Positions 1 to 13,591 of a stretch of DNA of 64,000 nucleotides are shown here, piece after piece. Source of the DNA: Tubulanus polymorphus (taxonomy: Eukaryota; Animalia; Nemertea); assembly GCF_964204645.1 (NCBI RefSeq), contig NC_134026.1:2317950-2381949 (forward strand), read 5' to 3'. Positions within the stretch are counted from its first letter, which is position 1. Each line of letters opens with the position of its first letter. The notes below the pieces were generated by a model. The model searched no databases, was not told the DNA's origin, and worked only from the letters and a program-made list of their open reading frames with translations. A program made the translations under genes and the position numbers.

Positions 1-341
1 ACGTTTTTCGCAAATCAAGTAGTGCTTGAATCGTGAAAAAGGTTTTTTCAAGCAATTTTTCAAGGGGAAAAAAAACGTTTTTTCGATGCGGCGGGTTTTA
101 ATAAGAATGAATAAATTGCGTTTGTAAACGATATGTTTGTGAGGGCAAGTCAATCAAATGTCTAACGAATATTTCAAAGAATTAAACATCAAATTCAAGA
201 AAAACTTCGAATTTTCGTAATTAGTTTCGACTACGAGCAATTATCTCAACATTCCGAGATGATTGCTCGTAGGTTTTTCAAATTAAATGTAAAATTTGTT
301 TCAGTGCGGATCGTGAAACGTTTTATTCGTTTTATATACAG

Positions 342-3300
342 GTAGAATATTGTTATCGGATAAATTCAATTGTTCTCCGCGATCGATTGAAGAATTTCCA
401 CCAGACTTTTTCACCGAAGAGCAAAGAAAGGCAGGCGGCGTATTCGTGCATTTTCTCATCGCGTTCTATATGTGCGGAGCTCTGGCGATTGTCTGTGACG
501 ACTATTTCGTCTCCTCTCTGGAGGGAATATGTGAACGTGCGTATAAAGAGAATTACATGTTTTCTTGATTTCAACAGATATCACTGAGGAGCTTCTTTAT
601 TTAAAAAATCGCATAACAATGCATGATGCGAGATAAGAATGCAATTATCTGCGCAGTCGGTCACCTTTCCGATTACAAAAATAAAGTTACCTACAGCCCT
701 ACATCAAAAAGAATGTCTGACAATTCTGACATTTGCGTAGTCCTCGGTAGATTTTGAGAATATGGTGCCATTATCTTTAGAACGAAAAGAGTTTAATACT
801 ATCAAGAATTGTACGTCCTCTTTTATGTATATTTCATACTATCATACCCTTAATTCCTCGTTGTTTGTTAAGATGTTCTCATTGATTGGGATTGTATCGG
901 TTGAATCAAACTAGTGCGCTGTATGTTGTATTCATTAAACTACATTCATATTTTCATATTTCAGGAACTAAACTGAAACCTGATGTTGCTGGAGCCACTT
1001 TTATGGCAGCTGGGAGTTCAGCTCCAGAATTAGCAACTGCTGTTATAGGTAAACACTCGATTAGGACAACGACGAATTTATTTGATCGAGTTTACAATAT
1101 AAAGTTTAATTATGAAAGAATGCATCTATTTTCAGGCGTATTCATAGCAAAAAGCGATGTTGGTGTCGGTACGATCGTCGGTTCAGCGGTGTTCAACATT
1201 TTATGCATTGTTGCTATTTGTGGTCTCTTCGCTGGTGCGGTATGTGTGACAAAATACGATAATACATTAAAGCACAAATTGAAACTAAAAGAAACAATTT
1301 CTATAATTCCCTGGTCGCAAAATCTGATCTTTACCTTTTTAACTGTTTATACAGTACGTAATGATAAGCGATAACCTTTTCAACACTCCGGGGATGACGT
1401 TTGTCTCTTAGGCCTGATCGCGTGACTTAAACACATAATTCATGCTGATTGATTTACAATACTGAAAAATTACTACATGTATCACATCACATTTAGTAAA
1501 AATTTTAGTTAATTTAGCCCAAGTATAAATTGTCATTTTCCTGCTAATTTGTTTAAAACTTTTTTCGTATGATATTCGCAGGTTATACAATTATCGTGGT
1601 GGCCTTTATTCAGAGATACATTTTGTTATATGATAAGTGTCGTGGCCCTTATTGTTATCATATACGACGAAGAAGTTCATTGGTACGTATTAAAGCTTAA
1701 TGGACTTTACAGTATTTTGACGAATATTGCATTTGGTGAATAGCTAAAACCAAGCCAGTGACAGAATTTGTATCTTTATTCGCCGAATTTTGCATTGTGT
1801 ACCAAAGGATGCGATGCGAAATCAAATGAATTCGCATGAATCAAGCATGCTATACACGTAGAACTATTATCGCCGGATTTTTAATCGACGACAATTGCTA
1901 ATTTCGCCTAGTGTGTCACCAACGTCGAATTAATCGAATATAAATTTGTCGAAAAAAAAACACATCATTGTGATCATTATCGGCGATTTTATTCGCCTAA
2001 ATATGTCAATCTTGGTCTCCCGAATTTAATCTCATTAATGATTCGCTGATGATATTCGCCCTGTCTGTCGCAAGTTTCACCCAATTATTTCTTATTTTTA
2101 GGTATGAGGGGGTGACGTGCCTGGCTTTGTATTTGTTATACATTATCCTGATGTATTTCAACACGGGATTGGAACGTTTTATGACGTCACACGTTCGTAT
2201 GTGTGGTGTGGATTATTCGTACGCTGAACGACGAGTTTCTTCAGAAGAAAACACCGAAAGAACGGCTCTGTTATCGAGCGACAAAACTGTAGAAACTGAA
2301 ACTACGTTCACATATAATATATCAAATCGTTACAAGAATGACTCGTCAACAGGTAAATTTGGAAAATTTGGAATGTATCTTACAATCGGAAAATTCTAAG
2401 AAGAAAAATTAACTTGAAAGTTTATTGATGCCTTGACACCGGCAGCCGGTCTAGCCCCCGATATATTGATGACGTAGTGCACATCTTTTCAAAAATTAAA
2501 TAAATATTCAACTTTATCAAAAATAAAATAAGATTTATGAAATATATCTAATTACAAAACAAACGCAAAAATCGATGACGTATAGTGCACATCGAATTCA
2601 CACTGAACCCATTAGATAACGCATACTAGCTATTAATGTATATGAACATCATTGTAACAGTTTTTACGCCGTCAAAAAATCTCCTCGTTTAAAACAACTT
2701 TGAGATACAAATATAATGTTCCTTCACCGAAGAACTGGAAAGATGACAGTTGCATATCTGGAGATAAATTGAATCAGTTTTTTTTGTATTTACTTTCAGC
2801 TGATTACAAAGGAGATTTTCGTTCATTCGATGCCGAATTTGAATCGCCGTGGACGATTCCCGAATCGTTCCTATCCAGATGTTTTTTCGTCAGTATGGCG
2901 CCGGTTAATCTATGTCTGTTTATAACGGTTCCCGACTGCCGTCGTCCGGGGATTTGGCGACATTTGTTTCTCCTCACATTCACTATGTCGGTAGTTTGGA
3001 TAGGGGTTTTTTCTTACGTGTTAGTCTGGATGGTGACAGTGATTGGTGATACTTTGGGTATACCCGATACAGTAATGGGATTAACGCTGCTAGCAGCCGG
3101 CACCAGTGTCCCTGATGCTCTTGCCGGTTTATTCGTGGCTAGAGACGGTAAGCATGATAATCACCATTAATAAGACATTGTATCCGTGTTGCGACGATAA
3201 TGAAAAGAGAATCCCACAATTATAACGGAAAAATAAAGTCCAAAAATGTTTCCTTGAACTAGTAGTTTATTCGATGTTTCGACTGTATTCTAGTGGGATT

Positions 3301-3763
3301 CTCTTTTTTTCGGCATAATAATAATAACAATAATAATAATACTATTTAACAATAATATTCATCTCAATATCAATTACACGTAATATAAAGCTTTTGCAAT
3401 TATCAAAAAATTATTAGAATACAGACAGTTGAATTTCTTACAGGTCTGGGAGACATGGCTGTGTCAAACGCGGTTGGCAGCAACATTTTCGACATCTTAG
3501 TTTGTCTCGGTTTACCATGGTTTCTACGGACGGTTCTGATAGACCCGAACGATATTGTGCCAATAAACAGTTCAGGATTACTTTATTCTTCGATAGCCTT
3601 ACTTTCAACGGTATTTCTGTTGATTATCGTAGTTATCTTGAATCGATGGAAAATGGACAAGAAATTGGGCGTTACATTTTTGATAATATACGCAGTGGTG
3701 ATATCGCTGGCGTGTCTGTTCGAGTTGAACATATTCGGCGATTTTAACCCACCTCAATGTTAG
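342..3763 (+). CDS. SLC24A: K+-dependent Na+/Ca2+ exchanger (NCKX/SLC24 family), 5'-partial
   Basis: Exons 342-536, 965-1048, 1136-1239, 1582-1682, 2102-2352, 2800-3147, 3444-3763, all GT-AG and in frame. Alpha-1 repeat [35 protein letters not shown], alpha-2 repeat [25 protein letters not shown]. The first exon lies outside the window. Paralog not assignable. Confidence 0.93.
1758..2073. mobile_element. Degenerate MITE (TTCGCC/GGCGAA family) in NCKX intron
   Basis: Shares blocks ttcgccgaattttg..gtgtaccaa.gga.gcga, ttcgcctaaat.tgtcaa and ttcgcc..gtctgtc.caag with 23844-24167. Confidence 0.6.
2435..2677 (-). mobile_element. Dispersed DNA-transposon-like repeat (GATGTGCACTACGTCATC family), fragment
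   Basis: Reverse-complement match to 29924-30190, 45648-45790 and 48306-48575 (gatgacgtagtgcacatc; ataacgcatactagcta). Confidence 0.65.
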
Positions 3764-5032
3764 CATCGTTCTCCACCACATCCCGACGACATGAGTTAAG
3801 TTTGAAATTCAGCAGCTGCGCCCGTACAATTTCTTTTTGGAACTGGATTTATCAAATGTATTCAACGTTATCTTGTTCATTGAACATGTATATCACATAT
3901 ATAAAAGTCTCCGGTTAATGTATTGTGTTATTTTGAATATAGTTTAGAACAACAATTCTGTTTTGATCGTTAGTATTTTTGAGCATCTACAGGTCTTACA
4001 AAAAGGATTCGATTCGTCACAACAAGAATTATTAAAGAAACTATTTATTGCTTTTAGGGTTAAATTCTTTCTTTGAACAGCGAGTGAAATATATCTCCGA
4101 TTCAAATCTTGATAGATGGCGAAACAAGCGCAATACATCCATGAAGCTGAAACGCTCGCCCATCAAGGGATTGGTTTAAGGTTAAATGTTAATCTAAAAC
4201 AGTGTTCCTGATAGATAAACTCAGTGATTACTGTGAAAAGTTCGCCAACTGAAATTGGTTCCACTCTCATATCCGAGGCTATCCACGATCGTGAGGTTTC
4301 TCGCGTTTCGACGATGTTAATAAGATGTAATTCTGTACCAGTTTTTATCACGTCGTTTGACGGCGCAGACTGTCGTCTCCTCAAGGCCACAGCGACACAC
4401 GCCTGCTTACTCGTAGACTTTAGTCTAATGTTAGTCTAGTGTTTTTGAAAAAAAAGAACTGCTGGCGCGACAATCTAACGAGCACGATAAATCTAAGATA
4501 TGTTCGCTAAAACGTTAAGACGTGGGATATAATAAGCATTTTACGATACGTACGTATCTGAAATAAAATCTTTGTCGATAGGGAGCAGTATTAATGTATC
4601 AATAACAAAGACACATTACCTGCGATTCTCATCCATCAGTCCTTATCAATATCATTATGACATCACAGTTAATAATGTCTCGGGATAGTTTCCATGGGGT
4701 GATATTTCTTATACAACATTCAAAGATCAAAAAAAAAGTTTTAAAAAAATCTTTAGCTGTCATAGTAAACCGTGGGTTTAAAATAAAGTCATCGTCGTTT
4801 CGTTCGCCGTTTCATTTACTATTATCGATGTCCACGCGCTGATGTTGCGGTGTCAACACAGACCTTCCTGTGCGCTCTTTAGAACGCCAGATTTTTGATC
4901 GATAGTGTCCCGTTCTCGCGTATGAGAACATGTGGCGGATGTGACAATGGAAACGTCGTAGGCGTGATTCGTGATTAAGTCGATGAACTAAATGAAAAAT
5001 TTCTCTGGAAACTGGAGCGTAGAATAATTAAA

Positions 5033-5537
5033 AATATAGCTGCAAAGCAGCGATAACGGGTTTTCTGGATGCATGTGATCGAAAGGAAAAATTAATTACC
5101 GGGTATTCGATGGAAAAAATGAAATGAGATGATTTGGATATTATCGGAGCAATCCTCTTTCTGGTTGAATGGTCATACCCCAGTATAGTCCCCCGTGATT
5201 TGGAAATTCTCGGAGCCCTCCTTTATTTACTTACTAAATGACGTCACAAACTGTTATTTCGCCGGTGCTTGTTGTCTAACAATTCAATTCAATTCTTTAT
5301 TTACAGTAACCTAATAAGTAATTTTAAGTTTCAAATAGGATGGAAAGTACATTCAGACAATCTGTTGGTTCAGAGAGACCGTTATTGAAGTATCAATTTA
5401 TACATTTCGTTTCGAAGCTGTCAGATGCCGAATCTGAATGAAGATGAATTTTATTTGACGAAATCGGCGGAAAATATATAATAATAATAATCAACAGAAT
5501 TTCAAGAGGGTTTTCGACGAAAGTCAGAAAACCCTAA
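5033..5537 (-). mobile_element. Non-autonomous Helentron-like (HINE) element, copy A
   Basis: ~500-bp near-identical inverted copy of 54670-55176. Subterminal IRs GGGTTTTCTG/CAGAAAACCC, 5' hairpin AGGGTTTTC..GAAAACCCT, (TTA)n tract, 3' hairpin GCTGC-TTT-GCAGC, T-rich ends. Confidence 0.75.
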
Positions 5538-8500
5538 AAATTCGGTTGAAGCGGATGTAATGTCTAGCGTATCGTCTGCGTATACAATAGTATTCAATGT
5601 CTCGTAAATTGTCTTGTATATGTGTCTGTTTTGTAAACGGATAGAATATGCACGTGGCTTTGGTCGTGGGTGGATGTTCTAAGAACAAGCCATTAAGTAT
5701 TCAAGTTGCTTTTATACCCCGAGGAGTGAAAACCGCTATTTTTTATGCTGTCAAGAAATTCTTTGTACTCGTGTTTGATATCTTTAAAACGGTGACATCT
5801 TTTTCCTCTAGCATTTCCAGGTTACCGTCCAAAATCAAACGAAGGCAAAGACATTTGATATTTATCGAGTCGGCAGTCCGTTGATCTTTTAAAATCGCGT
5901 AGGTTGTGGATTTAATCAGCTTCGTATATCTATGCAGTTGATGGAAGACACGAGTACGCATACCCTCGCGGGATCTGCGGGCTGAATATTCCGTCGTTCA
6001 AAGAACATCCATTAAGTCGACGTGAAACTTTCCTTTCGGTGGCTCGAAAAATCCAAACGTATCCAGTATCAGTTACTCGTTTAGCCGCTAACTAGCGAGA
6101 GGAGAACACGTAATTAATCAGTAGTGATTTGAATTATATATCAGAACCCTGCGGTGGGATTTGGTCGCAGTATCATACTAAAGTAAAAAAGGCGTTCAGT
6201 ATAATACGGGATCCCCGGGATACGAAGTAAAGCCAATTGATCTCTTATTATCATCCACAGCGATATATACTGAGGATACCTTTCTATCGTGCGCCGGGAG
6301 CCTGACCATACTCACTATCGTGCTACAAATGCCATACGTTTATCGTACATGATCTGAGCGTTAATTGAAAGACAACGCCAAGCGACAGAGCTTTGATTTC
6401 TGAACCTCCAGAATCTAGTTCTATATCTACGTAAATGTACGCTCGATACTGGTATTATCGGGTCACTCTCGTGTCAAGAGATACATTACCTGTCCCTGAG
6501 GTAGTAGTTCATGTCAATGGACGTATATGCACCACGAGTCTATTGATGATACGAGATGTCGCCGAAATCAATCACTCGACCTCTAGCTAATGAAGAGAAC
6601 TGAATTACCAGTTACTGTGACTTGGTCCAGACATAAAGTCTTTTCATGTACCCTTGGTCCGGACTTGGAGTAATCACAAGGCCCAGATGGCATTAGGCCG
6701 AAAACTGCAAACAACATGTACCACTACATTTCGATGTTAATATTTTTATTATTTTATGAAGTTATTACATTCATGATAATATAATCTGTAATGTGCAACG
6801 TCACCTATTCAAATGGCTCTATTTCACAACAACGGGTAATCATCACGCGAAACAAGCAATCTGCCTCGATAACTTAATAAGCGTGTGTGCCACTCTTTAA
6901 CAGCCAACATGAATTAAAATCAACAATCTAGAATCACAAATTTTCATAATACGCATGTCATAAGCATTCAATACTCAAGCAACGAATTGAGAATATTGGA
7001 TGCGAAATGAATATATACCGGTAATCATTTTCCATTCACATAACTTTGCATCAGAACAAAAGAAAGTTGGGAAGCTTTCTTTGAATCTCTAAAACCTTTT
7101 GCACAAGACATCACATTGACTCATTGTGTAAGTTTTTCAAAAAACTCCCTGGCTGACATTGGCCACTGAAATGGCGATAAACCAAGCAACTTTTGAGTAC
7201 TTTAAAGTTCATAAAAGGTAATTACTGTTAGCTCATCAACGCTGTATACAAAACCAATAGAAGCCCCACAACGTATAAAAACAACAGATCGCTTCATTGT
7301 ACCTGTGATGCTGGACGAAACTTAATGGTCCAGAACTCGGTTTTCAAATTGTGGCACTTCTTCGCCCTAGATTTCATTTAACGTGTGTTATTCTGATTTT
7401 CAGGAAATCATTCAGGATCTTTCGGTAACTGAGGAGTTCAGAATCAATCAGAATGCTAATATACGTGAATGCATGTAATCTACTCGTATACAATGTAAAT
7501 ACAGCGACTGATTATTATTCACATAATAATTACATTTATACATATATTTATACGTATATGATACCTTCACCATCCCCTTTACTGGCCACGTGAATAAATC
7601 GATGATGTAAACCATTTATTGATGAGCTGATAGAGGAATATTATTTTACCACAGAATGGATGAATGTATAAGCATGTAACTGATGAAAACGAAAGCTTAC
7701 TCATTCGCCTTCACAAGAGGAAATCTGGTGAACGCAAATATATCGAAATGATATAAGGTCTTTTTTATCTATTTGTTATCTTGACATATCGTTACATCAT
7801 TTACGTATAAACTAGAGTTGAAACCGTTTATAAGATAAACTTTCATTGAGCTTTGAGCGTTTCTGTCTTCAAAACAGAAAACCTAAAATACGAAATCGTA
7901 AATCAAATGGTGTTTGGTCTTTTTGGTTAATGTATGTCATAAAAACAATAATTAAAACCAGACCTAGAACCAGCCTAAGATCTGTGCTACAAAATCAGAG
8001 CAATTATCAAGCAATTGGAGTCAGTTTGTAATCGGGTATATGATGACGGACACTGAACCGAATGATGTATAAAACAAACGAATAATTTTCACGTTTTTTT
8101 TTTACATGATACTATGTAATCTTAAAACGAAATTCGTTTAAGAGTCAATGTTAACACTGATCTATACAGAAGAGGTACAGTGGCGACCAGCGCTTGAATC
8201 TGGAAAAACACATGACAACGTTTTCCCGTATAGATTTCATAACGATTATTAAGAAATATATCATATTACCATAATGATGATAATAGTATAATGATAATAA
8301 TAGTGATAATAATAATAATAATAATGTACAATATAGATATGAATTTTATATCGTTAGATTAGGATTAGGTAATATAAACAATGTATAAGTGTTGTATTTA
8401 TTTCCTGATGATTAAACATCTATCTATAAAACATATTTCATTATATGTATAGAGTTTTATTACCAAGAGTGAAGTAGTATGAGGTCGATGGTCTTTCTTA

Positions 8501-9657
8501 CTTTGGTTATTCATCCCTTGTTTGTGTTTTCAAAAATCTTAGTGACGTCGTCGACAAAAGCCATCATCTTCGATTCCCCGAGAATCGTTATGACGTATTT
8601 GAGTAAAATTTATGAGAAGGAAAAGGGTTGAATGTTAGATATCGATGTTACCCTGCCTATGATATTGTTAACATAATCTTAATAACATTGTAAACGATGT
8701 ATATATATGAAAGTAGCAAATCGGGAAGGGACGTCTTTCAGAAAGGAAATGAAGCGCATTCTATTAAGAAATGGCTTCGGAATTATATCCTCAAGACTTG
8801 CATATTCATATACGACCGCAATATCTTTAGACATTTTGTATAATGTTGAATCAACGATAGAACTCGCATTATGGTAATCATTAATTTGAATGATGACACG
8901 TCCGAGATTTCATCGACGTATCCATGCAGAAACTACGCTTTTACGTAATACAATTTTACAAAAAAAAGATGATTGCGAAACACAAATCAAAAATAACGGA
9001 TATTGTAAAACCAGGAACCTGTATCGTTAATAGCGGTAACCAGACGATACAACTCAGTGGTTACTGTTTATATCATCGTTTTTTTACTCGTGAACTGGTT
9101 AGCAATTAATTCTTGAAACTTTCGTCTGTATCTTGATTATCACTATTGACGTCAATTAAACTATTTTCGCCGGTTAAAATCACACGCAAGACTCAGCAGT
9201 TTAAATCGACAACAGCTTTATCTTTTGTCTGTCCCTTCGTAAAAGAAAATCCCCGACAAAAATAACGCAAAAACTATTCCTAGATATATATTTATATATA
9301 TACTGGGCGGCGTAAAATAACGATCCATTGTCCAGGTTTTTGCCTCAGTCTCTGGTTGCGTAAAATAGTCTAGTTATAATTGCAAAACTATATGAGATTG
9401 TTCACAAACCTTCCGCTTGAACAGTAGTAACAAGCATACTTTATCGCGCGATATCCTCGATACCGATTTCCGCAAAAAGGGAATCTCAACGAACGGTTTC
9501 CTATCGCAATATCAAACATCATTTCAATTCACAGATAATCAACATGTGCCTTCTGTAACGGTTGAATTTGAGAAGTCCCAAATTTAAAAAGATAGCAGCA
9601 GTATGAACGCTGTATCTATCACGGTACGGTAATCAACTACAATTTCACCTTCCACAA

Positions 9658-10254
9658 TCACATCAGTAAACACTTTCCCTTTAACTTTTCCTTACGTTTT
9701 TGCGACTTCGATTTCTTAGTTTCGAGCTGTAAACTCATTGTTCGTCGTTTTTCGAGCTGTAAAAGTTCTTGAAATAGTTCTTTCACGTTGTGATTCGTTT
9801 TGGCAGAAGTTTCAAGGAAGGCACATGACCACATTTTGGCGCATTCTTTGCCGAGTTGAGTCGCCACTTCGCGAGCTGATTCGTCGCATTTGTTTCCGAC
9901 GAGCATGATTGGAATGCTATCAACGTCACCTTTAATTTCGATAATTTCTTGATAAATTGGCTTAAGTTCCTCCAACGATTGTCGGCTAGTGATGGAGTAA
10001 ACCAGGATGAACGCGTGTCCCTTTGATATAGATAGTCTTTGCATTGCAGGAAACTGATGACTTCCAGTTGTGTCCGTGATTTGCAACGTGCAAACTTGTT
10101 TATTACAACTTATCACCTGTCGATAAGTGTCTTCAATAGTTGGAATATAACTTTCACGGAATGTTCCTCGGACGAATCGAAGTACAAGTGAGCTTTTACC
10201 GACGCCACCGGCCCCAAAAACGACCACTCTATAGTCGTTACTTTGTTCCGGCAT
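9658..10254 (-). CDS. DIRAS: Di-Ras (DIRAS1/2-like) small GTPase, 198-aa core exon
   Basis: [22 protein letters not shown] (P-loop), YIPTIEDTY effector loop, [11 protein letters not shown] (DIRAS-type G3), NKCD, ETSAK, polybasic tail and CaaX KGKCLLM. Splice acceptor tttatctttacag ends at 10288, 33 nt upstream of the ATG. The WLVG part of the ORF call is microsatellite artefact. Confidence 0.96.
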   Translation of the reverse strand: MPEQSNDYRVVVFGAGGVGKSSLVLRFVRGTFRESYIPTIEDTYRQVISCNKQVCTLQITDTTGSHQFPAMQRLSISKGHAFILVYSITSRQSLEELKPIYQEIIEIKGDVDSIPIMLVGNKCDESAREVATQLGKECAKMWSCAFLETSAKTNHNVKELFQELLQLEKRRTMSLQLETKKSKSQKRKEKLKGKCLLM

Positions 10255-10364
10255 GACGCGAAGTCGAATCGAACGGTCCTTCTGGATCTGTAAAGATAAA
10301 AGTAGAATAATACAATACAAACTTCTAATCAACTGAAGTTGCTGCTTGCAACACACACCACGCC

Positions 10365-10708
10365 CCAACCAACCAACCAACCAACCAACCAACCAACCAA
10401 CCAACCAACCAACCAACCAACCAACCAACCAACCAACCAACCAACCAACCAACCAACCAACCAACCAACCAACCAACCAACCAACCAACCAACCAACCAA
10501 CCAACCAACCAACCAACCAACCAACCAACCAACCAACCAACCAACCAACCAACCAACCAACCAACCAACCAACCAACCAACCAACCAACCAACCAACCAA
10601 CCAACCAACCAACCAACCAACCAACCAACCAACCAACCAACCAACCAACCAACCAACCAACCAACCAACCAACCAACCAACCAACCAACCAACCAACCAA
10701 CCAACCAA
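10365..10708. repeat. Perfect (CCAA)n/(TTGG)n microsatellite, ~86 units
   Basis: 344 nt of uninterrupted CCAA in the DIRAS intron. Explains the WLVG and NQPT pseudo-ORFs. Confidence 0.99.
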
Positions 10709-11061
10709 CGTTAGAAAATTTTCTTCATACATAATTTCAAATTTTGGTTAGACAGAAAGAAAACGTGTTCAGTGTTTAGCTTTCGACTTAACAACAAAAT
10801 CTTAAATCGATTGCAAGGTGCTTTCTCGTACAAAACCTTCTGACGATATGCGTCTAAAAATGTGATGTCAATTCAGATTCCATATGGTTATAAAGAGCTA
10901 CTATAGGTCTGTATTTCATATACTATTAGCGATGTTTAAAACCACGAATTGATGCCGAAAACGAATTCTAAAAATCAAAATTAAATAATAGATCATATTG
11001 AAATAGTACATCCCTGGCAATCCTGAAATTCACCAAGCATCGTAACGTACTTAGTTCTTAC

Positions 11062-11088
11062 CGTAGAATGTGAAGATGAATTAACCAT
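11062..11088 (-). CDS. Putative 27-nt phase-0/0 microexon of DIRAS (MVNSSSHST)
   Basis: Minus strand gacttttcttag|ATGGTTAATTCATCTTCACATTCTACG|gtaaga: canonical acceptor and donor, no stop, in frame with the DIRAS core exon. Confidence 0.5.
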
Positions 11089-13234
11089 CTAAGAAAAGTC
11101 TGGCCGAACAATAGGTATATGTGACACACGACCTGCTGTCTAACCCAACATGTATATAAATAAGCCAGTATAGCCACCTCAATGTAACGGTACAATTACC
11201 TGCTATTAGCGAACAGGACGCCAACGACAATGTAATTCAGTACTGATAATTACACGCGAAAACAAATGACAGTGCCATAGATGTTACAGGCGGGCCACGG
11301 ATATGACGTCACTTTACGAATGACAACACCCTTGTAATTAATGGCGGTTAGTATTGTTTTCATTATAAATAGCATCGTCATAGTTCGGGGCTAAGAATGA
11401 TGATAATAACCACCGTTTAGGCTATAATTGCACAACAGTGACGTCAATTGGAATTATTGCATACAATTATTCGGGTTTCGATTGAGAGCCATGCGCTTCA
11501 AAATTCAGAAATATCAATAGTGTTATTTCAAAACTAAAATGAAAGTGGTCGTTTTCAGATGGAGTTCTGATCAATATTCTATTTTCATCTTAAATGGTAC
11601 GTTATTTTTATATTTACTCGTACGCTATTTGGTTGCGCTTGTAAACAGCTTATTGGTGATTGGAGGTCATGGACTTCAGCCCCCGCATCAATCAGGAATT
11701 ACGGATTTCCGCGAGGACGATCTATACTGACGCCGTCGTTTCTATTCCACAGAAAGTTTCATCATAAAATTTCCACAAAGAGTTTCTATCGCATTACCGT
11801 ATCTCCGATTCCCCGAGGCGCTGCAAAGTGACTTCACATGCGATTGGACAAAACCTAACTCCATTATCGAGGTTAATCGCAGTTAATGTCCCGTACTTTG
11901 TCAATTACTGAAACAATGATTTTGTGAAAATTTCTGTCCGCCGGTATTTTCATCAATTTAGCGTCGAAACTAACGATAAATGATTCCGACAACAAATGAA
12001 TGGCAATTCTCTGTCGCCTGATTCCTGGTATTTTCTGTCTAGAGATCAAACATAATAGACAGGGTAAGTATTTGATTTTTTTCCAAAAACCGGCTTTTTC
12101 GGCAATACGACAACATCCAATAGAAGACATTCTTCGTGTAAGAGATATCGAATGGTAATTACACCGGGCTAAATCGCACCTGGATCTCGAAAAGAAAATT
12201 AAAGATACCCGATCTGCCATTCCGAGGGCGTTAGTAAGTTGTCGCATGTTCCATGTTGTCTGGACATGACACTACGGATTGGAAGGTATCGTGTCATTAT
12301 GACCTTATTCTGCAAGGTCATTCTTACATTATGGTACGGGCTACAACGAGTCAAACCCTAATTGTTGAATACTTTATTTTGGTATGATCTATAGGAATCT
12401 ATTATCGCAGTAGATGTTATTGATACTGGACTCTCACCCCACATTATATAGAATACTATTCTCCCCTGTACAATAATCCTGGATCGTTGCCAGTTTTTAA
12501 CCAACTTATAGTTCAAACCATATACTTGTGGATAACCATAAACCACAAAAATGATAAAACACTTATCATAAACTAGTATATACACGATCAAGCTGTATAA
12601 AAATCGACTATCGTTTTTCGGTTGATATACATCGGTTCTTATTCCAAGTGATTCGCGATTTTGCGCTTAATGGAAGACAATATACAATAGCCTCCAGGCT
12701 GGAAAATATCAATAACAATTTCACGGATTTGCTATGTATATTGGTTTATTGCCGAATCAGAGAAACCATCGCCGGCAGCTGCAACAAAATCCACCGTGCC
12801 AAGACTCGCGACCGTCCATGAGATAGAAATCATTTGAAGCCAGCCAGCTATTAATATCATGGAAAAATTGGATACCTCTCTGTGAATATCAATGTCTTTT
12901 TTCCTCTAAGGTGTTTTGTGAACTCGGTACAAAGATGAGAGAAAAGGGATGAAATTGTAGTTGTGTTCATTTTGTAAATCAGTGCATCGGTGTGTTTTTA
13001 TTCAAACTTCTCAGACTACAGTGGAAAATCGTGATAAACCCGTCAAATACAGAAGTCATGTACGTTTTCATATTCGTGACATGTTCATCATACGTCTACT
13101 ATATTTACGTAGACATGTATGATGTGTGAACCATGTGAAGAGATCATATACAGTGTTCTAAAGACAATCATTCCGCAAAATACCGTGAATTTAAAACTCG
13201 CTTCTCTGGGTGATTCGTAACACAGTCATCAAAC

Positions 13235-13591
13235 CTGTTTAAGAAGCACTGTAGCCTTGCTGCATTTTCTCGCAACCAGCATCCGTAACTGCTGCAATTC
13301 TTGCAGTTCCTCTTCTTCCGTCAGTTCTCGTTTTTTAGTAACTCCATCAATGGATTCAGCGTCTGTATCGGTATCAACTTCTGCCTGTCCACCAACAGCT
13401 CCAGGTTCATCGATGATTACTAATTCATCATCGTTCTCGGTATCAACCTTGTCTACCTGGTCGCCAGTTACTCCCACGATTTCAGGTTTGTTCTTGTCTT
13501 GTTCTTGGTCACACGAAACGGCCGATTTCAATTGTTTCTTGGACTCGCACTTTTTTGCCGAAGCCGATAATGTCTTTTTGCCTCTAGCCAT
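13235..13591 (-). CDS. Putative upstream coding exon of a long DIRAS isoform (119 aa, basic then acidic)
   Basis: Acceptor gtctttcttctag(cag) at ~13606-13603. ATG MARGKK...EEEELQELQQLRMLVARKCSKATVLLKQ then CAG|GTTTGA phase-0 donor, in frame with [15 protein letters not shown] of DIRAS. Confidence 0.6.

Noticed and set aside
3203-3307. Inverted repeat AAAAGAGAATCCCAC/GTGGGATTCTCTTTT enclosing a minus-strand GTCGAAACATCG, reminiscent of a Penelope-type hammerhead
   Set aside because: The CUGANGA core is missing; at most a retroelement remnant.
7676-7705. CTGATGA-AAAC-GAAA hammerhead-like core
   Set aside because: No stem II and no convincing stem I or III pairing.
10325-10734. Long WLVG/NQPT repeat ORFs, including the 348-aa DIRAS ORF call
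   Set aside because: Translation of the (CCAA)n microsatellite; a splice acceptor at 10288 separates it from the real exon.
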